This document shows positions 40,086 to 50,519 of a stretch of DNA of 64,000 nucleotides, in pieces. Location: contig JAQTUE010000023.1 of assembly GCA_028710415.1 (NCBI GenBank), positions 29,468-93,467 on the forward strand, in the 5' to 3' direction. Numbering within the stretch: the first letter of the stretch is position 1; every line of letters starts with the position of its first letter. Source of the DNA: Paludibacter sp. (GTDB lineage Bacteria; Bacteroidota; Bacteroidia; Bacteroidales; Paludibacteraceae). A program made the position numbers and the translations under genes. The notes under the pieces were generated by a model. It did no database searches, was not told the origin of the DNA, and saw only the letters and a program-made list of their open reading frames with translations.

Positions 40086-40559
40086 TTAATTATAAATCGC
40101 GTTATGATACGTCTGATGCTGAATATGAAGTCTCATCATATTCCGGTAATACCCTCCAACAGTGGCTGTATCACTCATCATTTGATAATAACCTGTTGAT
40201 CCGTTATTCATCATGCTTCCCTGCATCATGCCATTTCCGGAAGTATAATGCTGCATCATAATGCCGTTTTTATACATGTCATCACCAAACATGTTGTAAT
40301 GGATCGTAAACATTGAATCATTCTTATGATACAATTTATCGTATTTGATACAATAAAGATTATTGTGATGAACCTTAACTGTATCATAAACCATTTTCAA
40401 TGTATCATTATAGGCACTTGTAAGAGTTAAACTACTTTGGATCTTAGCTTTTTCAGCATCAATTTGGGCATTATCCGCATTGCTGTTATTATTGGTGCAA
40501 CCGGTGAATACCATTAGCAGGGTAAAAAGACCTGCCAGAAAACCATTATTTTTTTTCAT
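40086..40559 (-). CDS. Met/His-rich hypothetical lipoprotein
   Basis: Lipobox FTGC; MMQH...MMQGSMM...MMRLHIQHQTYH. Confidence 0.75.
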   Translation of the reverse strand: MKKNNGFLAGLFTLLMVFTGCTNNNSNADNAQIDAEKAKIQSSLTLTSAYNDTLKMVYDTVKVHHNNLYCIKYDKLYHKNDSMFTIHYNMFGDDMYKNGIMMQHYTSGNGMMQGSMMNNGSTGYYQMMSDTATVGGYYRNMMRLHIQHQTYHNAIYN

Positions 40560-40635
40560 TTTTCTTATTATATAGTATGGAAACAGAAATAGAATGAATC
40601 AGGACAAATATTTTTGTCCTGATTCATTCCTGATT

Positions 40636-40989
40636 TTATCTGTATTTGCAGCAACCTGGCAATGCATTGTATGCTTTATCGGTAGCTTTATATTTCGGTG
40701 TATCATGGCCAACTGCAGCCAGGCTCTTTTGAATATCATCCATTTTAACTTTTGAAGGATTATAAACGATAGTAAGCATTTTGGTTTTATCACTCCATAC
40801 CGCTTTGGTTACTCCATCCACTTTGGCAGTTTTTTCAATACGTGCTTTACATGATTCACATTTACCCGACACCTTGATGGTTTCAGTCTTGGTCATGGCC
40901 ATGGTTGAATGATCTTTTGTTTGAGCTGATACGGTGGTGCTCATAGCGATAGCTAAAATAGCTACAAATAATAATTTTAATGTTTTCAT
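40636..40989 (-). CDS. Exported heavy-metal-associated (HMA/CopZ-like) protein
   Basis: Signal peptide, VSGKCESCKARIE, AAVGHDT, YNALPGCCKYR. Confidence 0.92.
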   Translation of the reverse strand: MKTLKLLFVAILAIAMSTTVSAQTKDHSTMAMTKTETIKVSGKCESCKARIEKTAKVDGVTKAVWSDKTKMLTIVYNPSKVKMDDIQKSLAAVGHDTPKYKATDKAYNALPGCCKYR

Positions 40990-41238
40990 TTTTTTTGAAT
41001 TTTTAATGTGACCTCAAGCTCCATGTTGGGCTTAAAGTCTGGGTTTAAATATAAAATAATTGATGGTTTATCCCTGTCAGAGGCTTACAATGATTACAGG
41101 TTGGAGCTATCTATTGATAATATTCAATAGGTTTTAATACAACAACTGGTGCCTTATAAACGAAATACAGGGGTTTGTTGGATACGACGATCCATTAGCA
41201 AAACAAAGTTCAGCTAAAAGGGGAAAAGGAAGAATTAG

Positions 41239-41658
41239 TCAAATCAGGAATACACAGATGTCGGGTAGTTTGACAGCACTGGCAAGGAATTGACCCGGTG
41301 GCTGGACATTTGTGTTGGTTGAATGGTTGGTATTTAAAAATTGAATATTAAGAGTAGTAGGAATATAAAATACCTGCAAAAGTTGATTTACAGGAGGGTT
41401 AAGCTGGGTAGTGGATGGATTATAATTGTTATCTAAGGCATAAAAAGACATTTCGTCCTTGCAGCAGTTTTCAGCCTCAATAGTTTTGTTTACAGAATTT
41501 ACAGGTTTTACCATCTCCATTCCACATCCGGCTTTTTCATCCAGTACCGACCATTTTACGGCAGCTAATTCTCCCCCACAAAAATGGGATGCTATGGACA
41601 GATGCATACCCGAAAGTAAGATCATCCCTGCAAATAATATGGAGAATAGTTTTTTCAT
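41239..41658 (-). CDS. HYC_CC_PP-family protein
   Basis: SHFCGG, CGME, NCCKDE, QPP, CVFLI; typical leader gene of Bacteroidetes metal-resistance clusters. Confidence 0.82.
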   Translation of the reverse strand: MKKLFSILFAGMILLSGMHLSIASHFCGGELAAVKWSVLDEKAGCGMEMVKPVNSVNKTIEAENCCKDEMSFYALDNNYNPSTTQLNPPVNQLLQVFYIPTTLNIQFLNTNHSTNTNVQPPGQFLASAVKLPDICVFLI

Positions 41659-41909
41659 TCGTTACTGAAACAAAACTGTGTGTGAAAAGTTTTGGCAAAT
41701 ATAGGGGATTTTTTTAGTCAACACCATCATTGCGATGTTAATTTAATACAATTACAATAAAGTTCTAATGATTACCTGTTTGGTTTTCCTGTTTTTTGAA
41801 GGTGATTTTACTGAAATGGAACGACTGTTTATGTTTTCATGGAATGGACACTCTAATTGTTAATAAATAGGATATAATCTTTATTTACAGATTTGCAGCA
41901 TATGTATTT

Positions 41910-42248
41910 TCAATACATATCGCCTTTAAACAGCACTTTGATATCTGTTTCAATAGCCGGATGATACAATTCCCGCAATTCTTTTTCAATCAACAGTCTT
42001 CCTTCCTGTTCTAAAAAAGGGGTATAGCGAACAAAAATTGTCAATTCACCGTTGCATTTTTTTATCCAGGCACCTTTTTTCTCATGGTTTTCAATCCTGG
42101 TCCTCATTCTGGTACTTTCTCCGACATCCAATAAAAAGAATTCACGGTCTACCATGCAAATGATGGCATAGACTCCCGGTTTATCCTTGAGCTTATCAAT
42201 TGAAGGAAAAGGTCCTTCAAATGTATACTTTCCTAAATGTATTGCCAT
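41910..42248 (-). CDS. Small GIY-YIG-like hypothetical protein
   Basis: PGVYAI...LDVGES...RTRIENH...IEKEL resembles a degenerate GIY-YIG fold. Confidence 0.6.
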   Translation of the reverse strand: MAIHLGKYTFEGPFPSIDKLKDKPGVYAIICMVDREFFLLDVGESTRMRTRIENHEKKGAWIKKCNGELTIFVRYTPFLEQEGRLLIEKELRELYHPAIETDIKVLFKGDMY

Positions 42249-42303
42249 AGCTTATTTATCTAATATTTTAAATTTCTGTACTAATTTTCCCGAAACGATT
42301 CTT

Positions 42304-42360
42304 TCACCGATCCTTGCCGTGGATTTCAGGTTCCCTAATGAATGGGCCTCATCAGAATGA
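42304..42360 (-). ncRNA. Candidate type I hammerhead-like motif (imperfect stem II)
   Basis: UCAUU-CUGAUGA-GGCCC..GGGAACCU-GAA-AUCC-acggcaa-GGAU-C-GGUGA. Confidence 0.2.
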
Positions 42361-42715
42361 CATCACATTGACCTGTGGTTTCAAATATTCAATTTCTTTC
42401 TATTCAGCCATTTTATGTCCTTAAAAAATATTAAGGGCATAATGTCGGGATCCACCCACCGGGAAGATTCCCCACTCATGTTTATTTGCCCCTGAATTTT
42501 CATTTTTCTTTGAATCGATGCGTTATTTCCGAAAGTAACCGGGTTAAGATAAACCCATTCTACTATTTAACCAGTTTTTTAGGTCTTTGTTCATTCCGAT
42601 CTAAAATTCATGCAAGGATTAAAGACAGGAAATACTTTTTAAGAATGCTGTTAATATCATTTTAGCCCCGAACCAAATAAGTCTGGATTTGTTTATTCCT
42701 AAAATTCAGAAACAT

Positions 42716-43585
42716 ATGAACGAGTTACGATCCATAGAAAAAGTCATGGCGCCTCCCGCCCCGCATTGGGTAGGTAATGCCTTCAGGGTACATAATTTCT
42801 TTCCCGGAAACCTGGACATGAAACGTATGAGTCCCTTTTTCCTGCTCGATTACGGAGCAAAAATTGAATTTCCTCCTTCCAATATTCCCCGGGGTGTGGG
42901 GGTGCATCCCCATCGCGGTTTCGAAACAGTTACAATTGCTTATCACGGCAAGGTGGCTCATCACGATAGTGCCGGCCACAGTGGGGTCATCGGTGAAGGG
43001 GATGTCCAGTGGATGACAGCTGCTTCAGGAATCCTGCACAAGGAATATCACGAAGAAGAATGGAGTAAGAAAGGAGGCCTGGCCCAAATGGCGCAGATAT
43101 GGGTCAATCTCCCTGCTAAATACAAAATGAGTGAACCGAAATATCAGCCTTTAAAACACTCCGATTTTAACCGGTTTGTTTTCCCGGATAAGACTGCCGA
43201 AGTGGAAGTGATAGCCGGGAACTTTAAGGATACAAAGGGAATTGCTTCAACATTTACTCCCATTGAAATGTACAATGCCTACCTGAAAAAAGGTGCTTCT
43301 GTTCTGTTTTCATTTCCAAAGGAATACAACACCGGCTTCCTGATCATTGAAGGCACTGTGATGGTAAATGATAAAACTGTTCCTGCCGATCATTTTGTGT
43401 TATTTGCCAACGATGGCACCGATATACAGCTTTCATCGGGCGAAAATGCAGTAGTGTTGGTTTTAAGCGGAGAACCGATTAATGAACCGATTGTTTCCTA
43501 CGGACCTTTTGTAATGAACACCAAGCAGGAAATCCTGCAAGCATATGAAGACCTGGATAAAGGCAAGTTTGGTTTCCTGGAATAA
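42716..43585 (+). CDS. Pirin-family protein
   Basis: PFFLLDY, HPHRGFETVT, VQWMTAASGILHKE, YGPFVMNT. Confidence 0.95.
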   Translation: MNELRSIEKVMAPPAPHWVGNAFRVHNFFPGNLDMKRMSPFFLLDYGAKIEFPPSNIPRGVGVHPHRGFETVTIAYHGKVAHHDSAGHSGVIGEGDVQWMTAASGILHKEYHEEEWSKKGGLAQMAQIWVNLPAKYKMSEPKYQPLKHSDFNRFVFPDKTAEVEVIAGNFKDTKGIASTFTPIEMYNAYLKKGASVLFSFPKEYNTGFLIIEGTVMVNDKTVPADHFVLFANDGTDIQLSSGENAVVLVLSGEPINEPIVSYGPFVMNTKQEILQAYEDLDKGKFGFLE

Positions 43586-43883
43586 GAATAATCAACTTCC
43601 CGAAACAAATTAAGGGTTTTATTTTTATCTTTTTCAGATATTAATGCTGAAAAATTTAATACCGATTTGAACGTAGATATTCACTTTCAAGGTGGATCTT
43701 CACGTTCCTTTCGTATTATTTTGAAAGAGGCATTGAATCAGGCTAAGTTTTTAGTACATATTTAATTTTATAAACTTCGAATCTGCAGGTTAATACAACT
43801 TACAATCAACAAATCAGCAAATTCTTCAAATAACTTATTGTAGTTTTGACACTTTTGATTATATTTGCGTCAAAATTCAATCT

Positions 43884-45047
43884 ATGTCAGAATACACCTC
43901 TCCCCGACTCCATGTTGTTGATGCCCTGCGCGGATTTGCCATTCTTTCCATTATGCTGTTGCATAACATCGAGCACTTTGATTTTTATTTTAAGCCCACC
44001 ACGTTGCCTGCCTGGATGCCAGCCATTGACAAGGGAATCTGGGATACACTCTTTTTCCTGTTTGGCGGTAAATCGTACGCAATCTTCGCCCTGTTATTCG
44101 GACTCACCTTCTTTATTCAATCGAATAACCAGGAACAGAAAGGAAAGGATTTCCGCCTTCGGTTTGCGTGGCGGTTGTTGCTGTTACTCGGTTTCGGGAT
44201 AATCAATTCTGCATTTTACGAGGGCGATATCCTCACCATTTATGCCCTGATAGGTTTCACTCTCATTCCGGTTGCCAGATTAAGCAACAGGGTTGTTTTT
44301 ATAATTGCCATCATCCTGATGCTTCAACCCTGGGAATGGTTGAATGTCCTGAGTGGATTGCAACATCCTGGACTTAAAATGGCAAACCCGGCCTCCTGGG
44401 CTTATTTTGACAAATTAAGCAGTTACATACCCGGCGATTCACTCGTAAAAACATGGATTGGCAACCTGACAAACGGCAAACCGGCGGTACTGTTCTGGAC
44501 CTGGGAAGCAGGACGTGTTTTTCAAACTGCTGCGTTGTTTATGTTTGGAATGCTGGCCGGAAGAACAAAACTTTTTGTACAGTCTGTTTCCGGTAACCGT
44601 TTTTGGGTCCGGACACTATTAATTGCAATCCTTGCCTTTATTCCATTGTTCCTGTTGAAAAATAACCTGCCTTTGTGGATCCAGAGCGAAGCTATCCGGC
44701 GTCCGTTGGTTACCATCATCACTTCCTGGTCGAATATGGCTTTTATGCTCATGCTGGTTTCGGGCTTTGTGCTGGCTTATTGGAAACTTTCGGGTGGCTT
44801 TCTCAATATCCTGACCCCGTTTGGCAAAATGAGCCTGTCCAACTACATGATGCAATCCATCTTAGGTTCAGTCATTTATTACGGGTTTGGATTTGGGTTG
44901 TACAAATATACCGGGGCGCTTTACTGCCTGTTCATTGGACTTGCCCTGGCAACTTTCCAGTGGTTCTTCTGTAACTGGTGGCTCAAAACGCATAAGTATG
45001 GTCCCCTGGAAGGAATCTGGCACCGGCTGACCTGGATTCGCTCCTGA
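43884..45047 (+). CDS. DUF418 (YeiB-like) membrane protein
   Basis: RLHVVDALRGFA, FALLFG, GDILTIYA, GKMSLSNYMMQS, GPLEGIWHRLT. Confidence 0.9.
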   Translation: MSEYTSPRLHVVDALRGFAILSIMLLHNIEHFDFYFKPTTLPAWMPAIDKGIWDTLFFLFGGKSYAIFALLFGLTFFIQSNNQEQKGKDFRLRFAWRLLLLLGFGIINSAFYEGDILTIYALIGFTLIPVARLSNRVVFIIAIILMLQPWEWLNVLSGLQHPGLKMANPASWAYFDKLSSYIPGDSLVKTWIGNLTNGKPAVLFWTWEAGRVFQTAALFMFGMLAGRTKLFVQSVSGNRFWVRTLLIAILAFIPLFLLKNNLPLWIQSEAIRRPLVTIITSWSNMAFMLMLVSGFVLAYWKLSGGFLNILTPFGKMSLSNYMMQSILGSVIYYGFGFGLYKYTGALYCLFIGLALATFQWFFCNWWLKTHKYGPLEGIWHRLTWIRS

Positions 45048-45073
45048 CTCTTTTAGTTGAATACAGGATAAAT

Positions 45074-45106
45074 AACCCAATTGATTTTAATTCAATTGGG
45101 TTTTTT
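45074..45106 (+). terminator. Intrinsic terminator
   Basis: AACCCAATTGA...TCAATTGGGTT followed by a T run. Confidence 0.75.
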
Positions 45107-45290
45107 AGTTCCATTCATTCCACTTGCTTATCATAAAAAAATAACCTCAACAAGTACTAAAATTCTCAACTTAAATATTGCTTTCAATTATCTTTTTGAA
45201 TTTTATATTTTAAACAAAACAGCTTTAGTTGCAAAAATCCACGGAACAGATTTTAAATTATAAAATGGATAGCACTATCTGGTATAAATC

Positions 45291-45472
45291 ATATCACCAG
45301 GATATCGCCATGATGTCGCTGACAAACATTAAATAACAAAATAGTAATCCAGTAATAATCCATATATAATCCATCTTTATATAAGTATGGATTATATATG
45401 GATCAAATATGGATTATATATGGATTATATATGGATTATCAGCGACATCATGGTGACATCATGAAGACATCA
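45291..45472. repeat. Nested-palindrome element, copy B, with an internal 11-bp tandem unit ATGGATTATAT
   Basis: Arms 45301-45322 and 45439-45460; inner ATAATCCATAT versus ATATGGATTAT repeats. Confidence 0.8.
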
Positions 45473-45764
45473 ATACATTTGTTTTAAGGCAGGATGACAC
45501 TGACCAAATCATTCAGTTGGAAAATTTACTACTCGAATGAAAGTTCTCACAAAAATCAAACCAAGAACTGCTGCTGTAACAGAAAAAAAATAAAGAGGAA
45601 CTGTAACAATCCATTATTTCTGTTACTTACGGCTTGTTTGCTGAACTTTTTATAAGAAAATTTGTTTGTTTAACAAATAGAATTGAGCTAAAAAGGTAGA
45701 AATAGTTATTTATTATTACATTTGCATAGGAAATAATTACAAATTGATTAAAAATACAGAGATT

Positions 45765-48023
45765 ATGGCTTTTGATGAAGATATGATTCAGCGCATTTAT
45801 GCTTCCCTTCCGGAAAAAATTGGTCAGATTAAGAAAAAATTACAACGTCCGCTAACCCTTACCGAGAAAATCCTGTACGCTCACCTGCATGCAGATGAGC
45901 CGTTGGAAAGTTATACAAGGGGTGTTGACTATGTGAATTTTACCCCTGACAGGGTTGCCATGCAGGATGCAACTGCCCAAATGGCGTTGTTGCAGTTAAT
46001 GAATTCTGGTCGTAAAACGGTAGCAGTGCCAACCACAGTGCATTGTGACCACCTGATACAGGCCTACATCTCTGCAAAGCCCGATTTGGAGACAGCTGTC
46101 GTGACCAATCGGGAAGTATTCGACTTTCTGAGCAATGTATCCAATAAATTTGGCATCGGCTTCTGGAAACCGGGGGCAGGGATCATACACCAGGTAGTTC
46201 TGGAGAATTATGCATTTCCGGGTGGAATGATGATTGGCACCGATTCGCATACACCGAATGCAGGTGGATTGGGGATGGTGGCTATTGGCGTCGGGGGTGC
46301 GGATGCAGTGGATGTCATGGCAGGCATGCCCTGGGAACTGAAAATGCCGAAAATAATCGGGGTCAAGCTTACCGGCAGGTTATCGGGTTGGGCATCACCA
46401 AAAGATATTATTTTGAAACTGGCAGGGATACTCACCGTGAAGGGAGGAACCAATGCCGTAATTGAATACTTCGGGGAAGGTACATCGTCGATATCAGCAA
46501 CCGGAAAAGGAACTATTTGCAACATGGGGGCCGAAGTCGGAGCAACGACTTCCCTGTTCCCATTTGACAAAAAGTCAGCTGATTACCTGATAGCTACAGG
46601 TCGTGCTTCTGTTGCCAACGCAGCCAATGCCGTTATAGAGCATTTGCAACCGGACCCGGAAGTAGTAGCCCGTCCGGAAGAATACTACGACAGTATTATT
46701 GAAATCAACCTGAGCGAGTTAGAACCTTATATAAACGGTCCGTTTACACCGGATGCCGCCTATACATTGACTGAATTTGGCAAAGCCGTAAAAGAAAAAG
46801 GCTATCCGCAAGTACTGGAAGTAGGACTGATCGGGTCATGCACCAACTCTTCGTACGAAGACCTTACACGCGCTGCCTCGGTAGTGATGCAGGCAAAAGA
46901 AAACAACATAAAAGTAAAATCCCAGTTTATCATCAACCCGGGTTCCGAACAGGTTCGGTATACAGCGGACAGGGATGGTATCCTGGCTGAATTTGAATCG
47001 GTAGGCGGTGTTATCATGGCGAATGCCTGCGGACCCTGTATCGGACAATGGAAACGGGAATCGGGACAGCCTGACCGGCCTAATTCGATACTTACCTCTT
47101 TCAACCGTAACTTTGCAAAACGCAATGACGGCAACCCGAACACCCATACCTTTATCAGTTCCCCGGAAGTAGTAGCGGCATTAACTATAGCCGGTGATTT
47201 GTGTTTTAATCCATTGACCGATACATTGGTCAACGATAAAGGTGAAAAAATTAAATTGCAGGAACCGGTAGGTTTTGAATTGCCTCCCAAGGGATATGAT
47301 GTAAAAGATGCCGGTTACCAGGCGCCTTCGGGCAATGCCAGTAACATGGTGATTAGTATTGCCACCGATTCAAACCGGTTGCAACTGCTGGAACCATTTC
47401 CTGCCTGGGATGGAAAAGACCTGATTGAGCAACCGTTGCTGATCAAGGCCAAAGGCAAATGCACTACCGACCACATTTCCATGGCAGGAGCCTGGTTGCG
47501 TTTCCGTGGCCATTTGGACAATATATCCGACAACATGTTGATTGGAGCCTTGAATGCATTCAATGAACGGACTAATGCTGTCCTTGACACCGAGACCGGC
47601 GAATACCTGACAGTACCGGGATTAGCCCGTAAATATAAAGCCCAAAAACTTGGCTCAATCGTTATAGCTGAAGAAAACTACGGGGAAGGATCTTCGCGTG
47701 AGCATGCCGCTATGGAACCACGATTCCTGAATGTGAAAGCAATCCTCGTAAAATCATTTGCCCGTATTCATGAAACAAACCTAAAAAAACAGGGTATGCT
47801 GGCTCTTACCTTTGTCAACAAAGAAGATTATGATAAAGTGCGTGAAGACGACAAAATCAGTATTCTTGGCCTGACAGACTTCACTCCGGGAAAGCACCTT
47901 ACCGTGAAATTGGTCCACAGTGACAAAACCACCGATAGCTTTGAAGCGGCCCATACCTACAACCAGGCACAGATTGACTGGTATAAGGCAGGGAGTGCGC
48001 TGAATGCTATGGTGATTGGTTGA
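45765..48023 (+). CDS. acnA: Aconitate hydratase (mitochondrial-type)
   Basis: [55 protein letters not shown]. Confidence 0.97.
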   Translation: MAFDEDMIQRIYASLPEKIGQIKKKLQRPLTLTEKILYAHLHADEPLESYTRGVDYVNFTPDRVAMQDATAQMALLQLMNSGRKTVAVPTTVHCDHLIQAYISAKPDLETAVVTNREVFDFLSNVSNKFGIGFWKPGAGIIHQVVLENYAFPGGMMIGTDSHTPNAGGLGMVAIGVGGADAVDVMAGMPWELKMPKIIGVKLTGRLSGWASPKDIILKLAGILTVKGGTNAVIEYFGEGTSSISATGKGTICNMGAEVGATTSLFPFDKKSADYLIATGRASVANAANAVIEHLQPDPEVVARPEEYYDSIIEINLSELEPYINGPFTPDAAYTLTEFGKAVKEKGYPQVLEVGLIGSCTNSSYEDLTRAASVVMQAKENNIKVKSQFIINPGSEQVRYTADRDGILAEFESVGGVIMANACGPCIGQWKRESGQPDRPNSILTSFNRNFAKRNDGNPNTHTFISSPEVVAALTIAGDLCFNPLTDTLVNDKGEKIKLQEPVGFELPPKGYDVKDAGYQAPSGNASNMVISIATDSNRLQLLEPFPAWDGKDLIEQPLLIKAKGKCTTDHISMAGAWLRFRGHLDNISDNMLIGALNAFNERTNAVLDTETGEYLTVPGLARKYKAQKLGSIVIAEENYGEGSSREHAAMEPRFLNVKAILVKSFARIHETNLKKQGMLALTFVNKEDYDKVREDDKISILGLTDFTPGKHLTVKLVHSDKTTDSFEAAHTYNQAQIDWYKAGSALNAMVIG

Positions 48024-48149
48024 TTAAGTTGATTAAGTTGATTAAGTTGATTGAGTTAATTAAGTTGATTGAGTTAATTGGTTGATTGGTTGATTAAGTT
48101 GATTAAGTTAATTGGTTGATTAAGTTGACTGAGTTAATTGGTTGATTGA
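48011..48149 (+). repeat. Left tandem array of 8-9-mer units (GTTGATTAA/GTTGATTG)
   Basis: About 15 units, starting within the last acnA codons. Confidence 0.92.
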
Positions 48150-48258
48150 ACATAGGAGAAAAAGAAATAGTAAATAGTTAATGATAAAATAGTAAATTAA
48201 TTGGTTATTTGCGTTGATTAAGTTTTTAGTGAGAATTAATAATTTAAACGTATTTGCC

Positions 48259-48639
48259 ATGGTAAATAATTTTGAAGACCTTGAGACCTGGAAAGAGTGC
48301 AGGAATTTTAGAAAGCAAATTTCTAAGACTGTAAAAACATTTCCTTCGGAAGAAAAATACCGATTAGTGGACCAATTAGTCCGGGCAACAAGATCGATTA
48401 CCGCCAATATAGCTGAAGGGCATGGCCGTTATCATTTTCAGGAGAATATCCAATTTTGCAGGCAGGCACGAGGTTCATTGACGGAGACATTAGATCATTT
48501 AATTTGTTCCCTTGATGAGAATTATATTACCGAAACGCAACTGAGTGATTTTAGGAACCAATATAATTTATGCTTAAAGCTATTAAATGGATATATGGCA
48601 TATTTACAAAAAATGAAATTAAATGAATCCCTAAAATAG
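48259..48639 (+). CDS. Four-helix-bundle protein (23S rRNA-IVP / TIGR02436 / Avd-like family)
   Basis: FEDLETWK, FPSEEKYRLVDQLVRATRSITANIAEGHGR, ARGSLTET. ATG at 48259. Confidence 0.93.
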   Translation: MVNNFEDLETWKECRNFRKQISKTVKTFPSEEKYRLVDQLVRATRSITANIAEGHGRYHFQENIQFCRQARGSLTETLDHLICSLDENYITETQLSDFRNQYNLCLKLLNGYMAYLQKMKLNESLK

Positions 48640-48781
48640 AATAAGCCAGCAACTTAGTTAACATGTATTACTGATTTAACAATATACTTATCATCAACTC
48701 ATGAACAATTTACACTTTTAACTCATTATACAAATAACTGATTGGATTAAATTATCAAACTGATTAAACTGAATTACTCGA

Positions 48782-48960
48782 TTAACTATTTAACTGAATC
48801 AACTTAATTAACTTAATTAACTCAATCAACTTAATTAACTGAATCAACTTAATCAACTTAATTAACTCAATCAACTTAATTAACTGAATCAACTCAATCA
48901 ACTTAATTAACTGAATCAACTCAATCAACTTAATTAACATAATCAACTTAGTCAACTCAA
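48782..48960 (-). repeat. Right tandem 9-mer array (TTAATCAAC), reverse complement of the left array
   Basis: About 20 units of the types ttaatcaac, tcaatcaac, ttaattaac and tgaatcaac. Confidence 0.92.
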
Positions 48961-49002
48961 AAGAAATAAACAGAATATTAATATAAAACACAATCGAAAG
49001 TC

Positions 49003-50358
49003 ATGGAAAAGGATTATCTGATTTATAAGCTATCGGAAACGATAAAAACAACAAGTCGAATCGACAAGGAATTATTTACTCAATTTAATGTAAAACGTGG
49101 CTTACGAAATGAAGATCATTCAGGGGTATTAGTTGGTTTAACGAAAGTTGGAGATGTAGTTGGATACGAAAAACTTCCTGAAGGAGGGCTGAAAGCCATT
49201 CCAGGAAAATTATTCTATCGCGGTATCGATGTGGAAGATTTAGTTCATGGGCTTCAAAAGGAAGACAGGCTGGGTTTTGAAGAAACAGCATTTTTATTGC
49301 TGTCAGGGTATCTGCCGGATTCGGAAGAATTAATATCCTTCAGAAAAATTCTGTATAATGCAATGCCTTTAACTCAAAAAGCGACCATGCATATCCTGGA
49401 CCTGGAAGGACAGGACGTAATGAATATCCTGGCGCGCAGTGTGCTCGATTTGTATACCTTCGATCCGAATCCGGATGATATATCCCGGGATAACCTGATC
49501 CGCCAATCTATTGACCTGATAGCGAAATTCCCAACGATCATTGCCTATTCATTTAATGCCCTGCGTCACAGCCAACAAGGAAAATCCTTGCACATACGGC
49601 ACCCGAACGAAGACATGTCACTGGCAGAAAACTTCCTGTACATGATGAAAGGCCCGAACAGATACACGGATCTGGATGTAAAAATCCTTGACCTGACGCT
49701 CATACTTCATGCCGATCATGGTGGTGGTAATAACTCTACATTTACAGTGCGTGTAACCAGTTCCTCACAAACGGATACTTATTCTTCAATAGCAGCAGGG
49801 ATTGGCTCTTTAAAGGGTCCTTTGCATGGTGGTGCCAATATCAAAGTGGTTCAAATGTTTGAACATCTTAAAACATCGATTGCAAACTGGAAAGATGTAA
49901 AAGAAATTGATGCCTACTTCAAGAAAATGTTGAATAAGGAAGCTTACAATAAAAGCGGTTTGATTTATGGTATTGGTCATGCAGTGTATACGGTATCCGA
50001 TCCACGTGCCTTGTTACTGAAAGAAATGGCTCGTCAGATGGCAGAAGAAAAGGGCTTACAAAAAGAATTCGCTTTCCTTGAACTGCTGGACGAAAGGGCA
50101 GTTAAAGCATTTATGTCATTTAAAGGGAACGATATCAACAAACAGGTATGTACCAATGTCGATTTCTATTCCGGATTTGTATATGATGCCCTTGGTTTGC
50201 CAACAGAAGTATTCACCCCATTGTTTGCCATGGCCCGTATTACCGGATGGACAGCTCACCGTATTGAAGAACTGAACTTTGCCAGCAAACGTATTATTCG
50301 TCCTGCCTATAAAAATGTAGGGGAACGCAAGTCATTTGTTCCACTAAAGGAAAGATAA
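49003..50358 (+). CDS. gltA: Citrate synthase
   Basis: GKLFYRG, LHADHGGGNNSTF, GPLHGGAN, YGIGHAVY, NVDFYSG. Confidence 0.95.
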   Translation: MEKDYLIYKLSETIKTTSRIDKELFTQFNVKRGLRNEDHSGVLVGLTKVGDVVGYEKLPEGGLKAIPGKLFYRGIDVEDLVHGLQKEDRLGFEETAFLLLSGYLPDSEELISFRKILYNAMPLTQKATMHILDLEGQDVMNILARSVLDLYTFDPNPDDISRDNLIRQSIDLIAKFPTIIAYSFNALRHSQQGKSLHIRHPNEDMSLAENFLYMMKGPNRYTDLDVKILDLTLILHADHGGGNNSTFTVRVTSSSQTDTYSSIAAGIGSLKGPLHGGANIKVVQMFEHLKTSIANWKDVKEIDAYFKKMLNKEAYNKSGLIYGIGHAVYTVSDPRALLLKEMARQMAEEKGLQKEFAFLELLDERAVKAFMSFKGNDINKQVCTNVDFYSGFVYDALGLPTEVFTPLFAMARITGWTAHRIEELNFASKRIIRPAYKNVGERKSFVPLKER

Positions 50359-50362
50359 AACA

Positions 50363-50426
50363 AAGTTTGAAAGGTTTGAAGTTTGAAAAGTTTGAAGTTT
50401 GAACAGTTAGCTGTTTGAACTTCAAA
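50363..50426 (+). repeat. Tandem array of GTTTGAA(AG) units directly after the gltA stop
   Basis: gtttgaaag gtttgaa gtttgaaaa gtttgaa gtttgaa ... gtttgaa cttcaaa. Confidence 0.8.
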
Positions 50427-50519
50427 TTTTTTCGGGTTTAAATACCCGAAACAGGATGCTATTAAATCAAACAAATCTTAATTCGTGTAATTAGAATAAA
50501 TTAGTGAAATTAGTATAAA

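Noticed and set aside
48259-48639. Diversity-generating retroelement or 23S rRNA intervening sequence
   Set aside because: No reverse transcriptase, template/variable repeat pair or rRNA sequence in the window.
48782-48991. 69-aa ORF with LIKLIELIQ repeats, and the antisense ORF 48120-48407
   Set aside because: Translation of the 9-mer DNA array and the shadow of the four-helix-bundle gene; no independent coding evidence.
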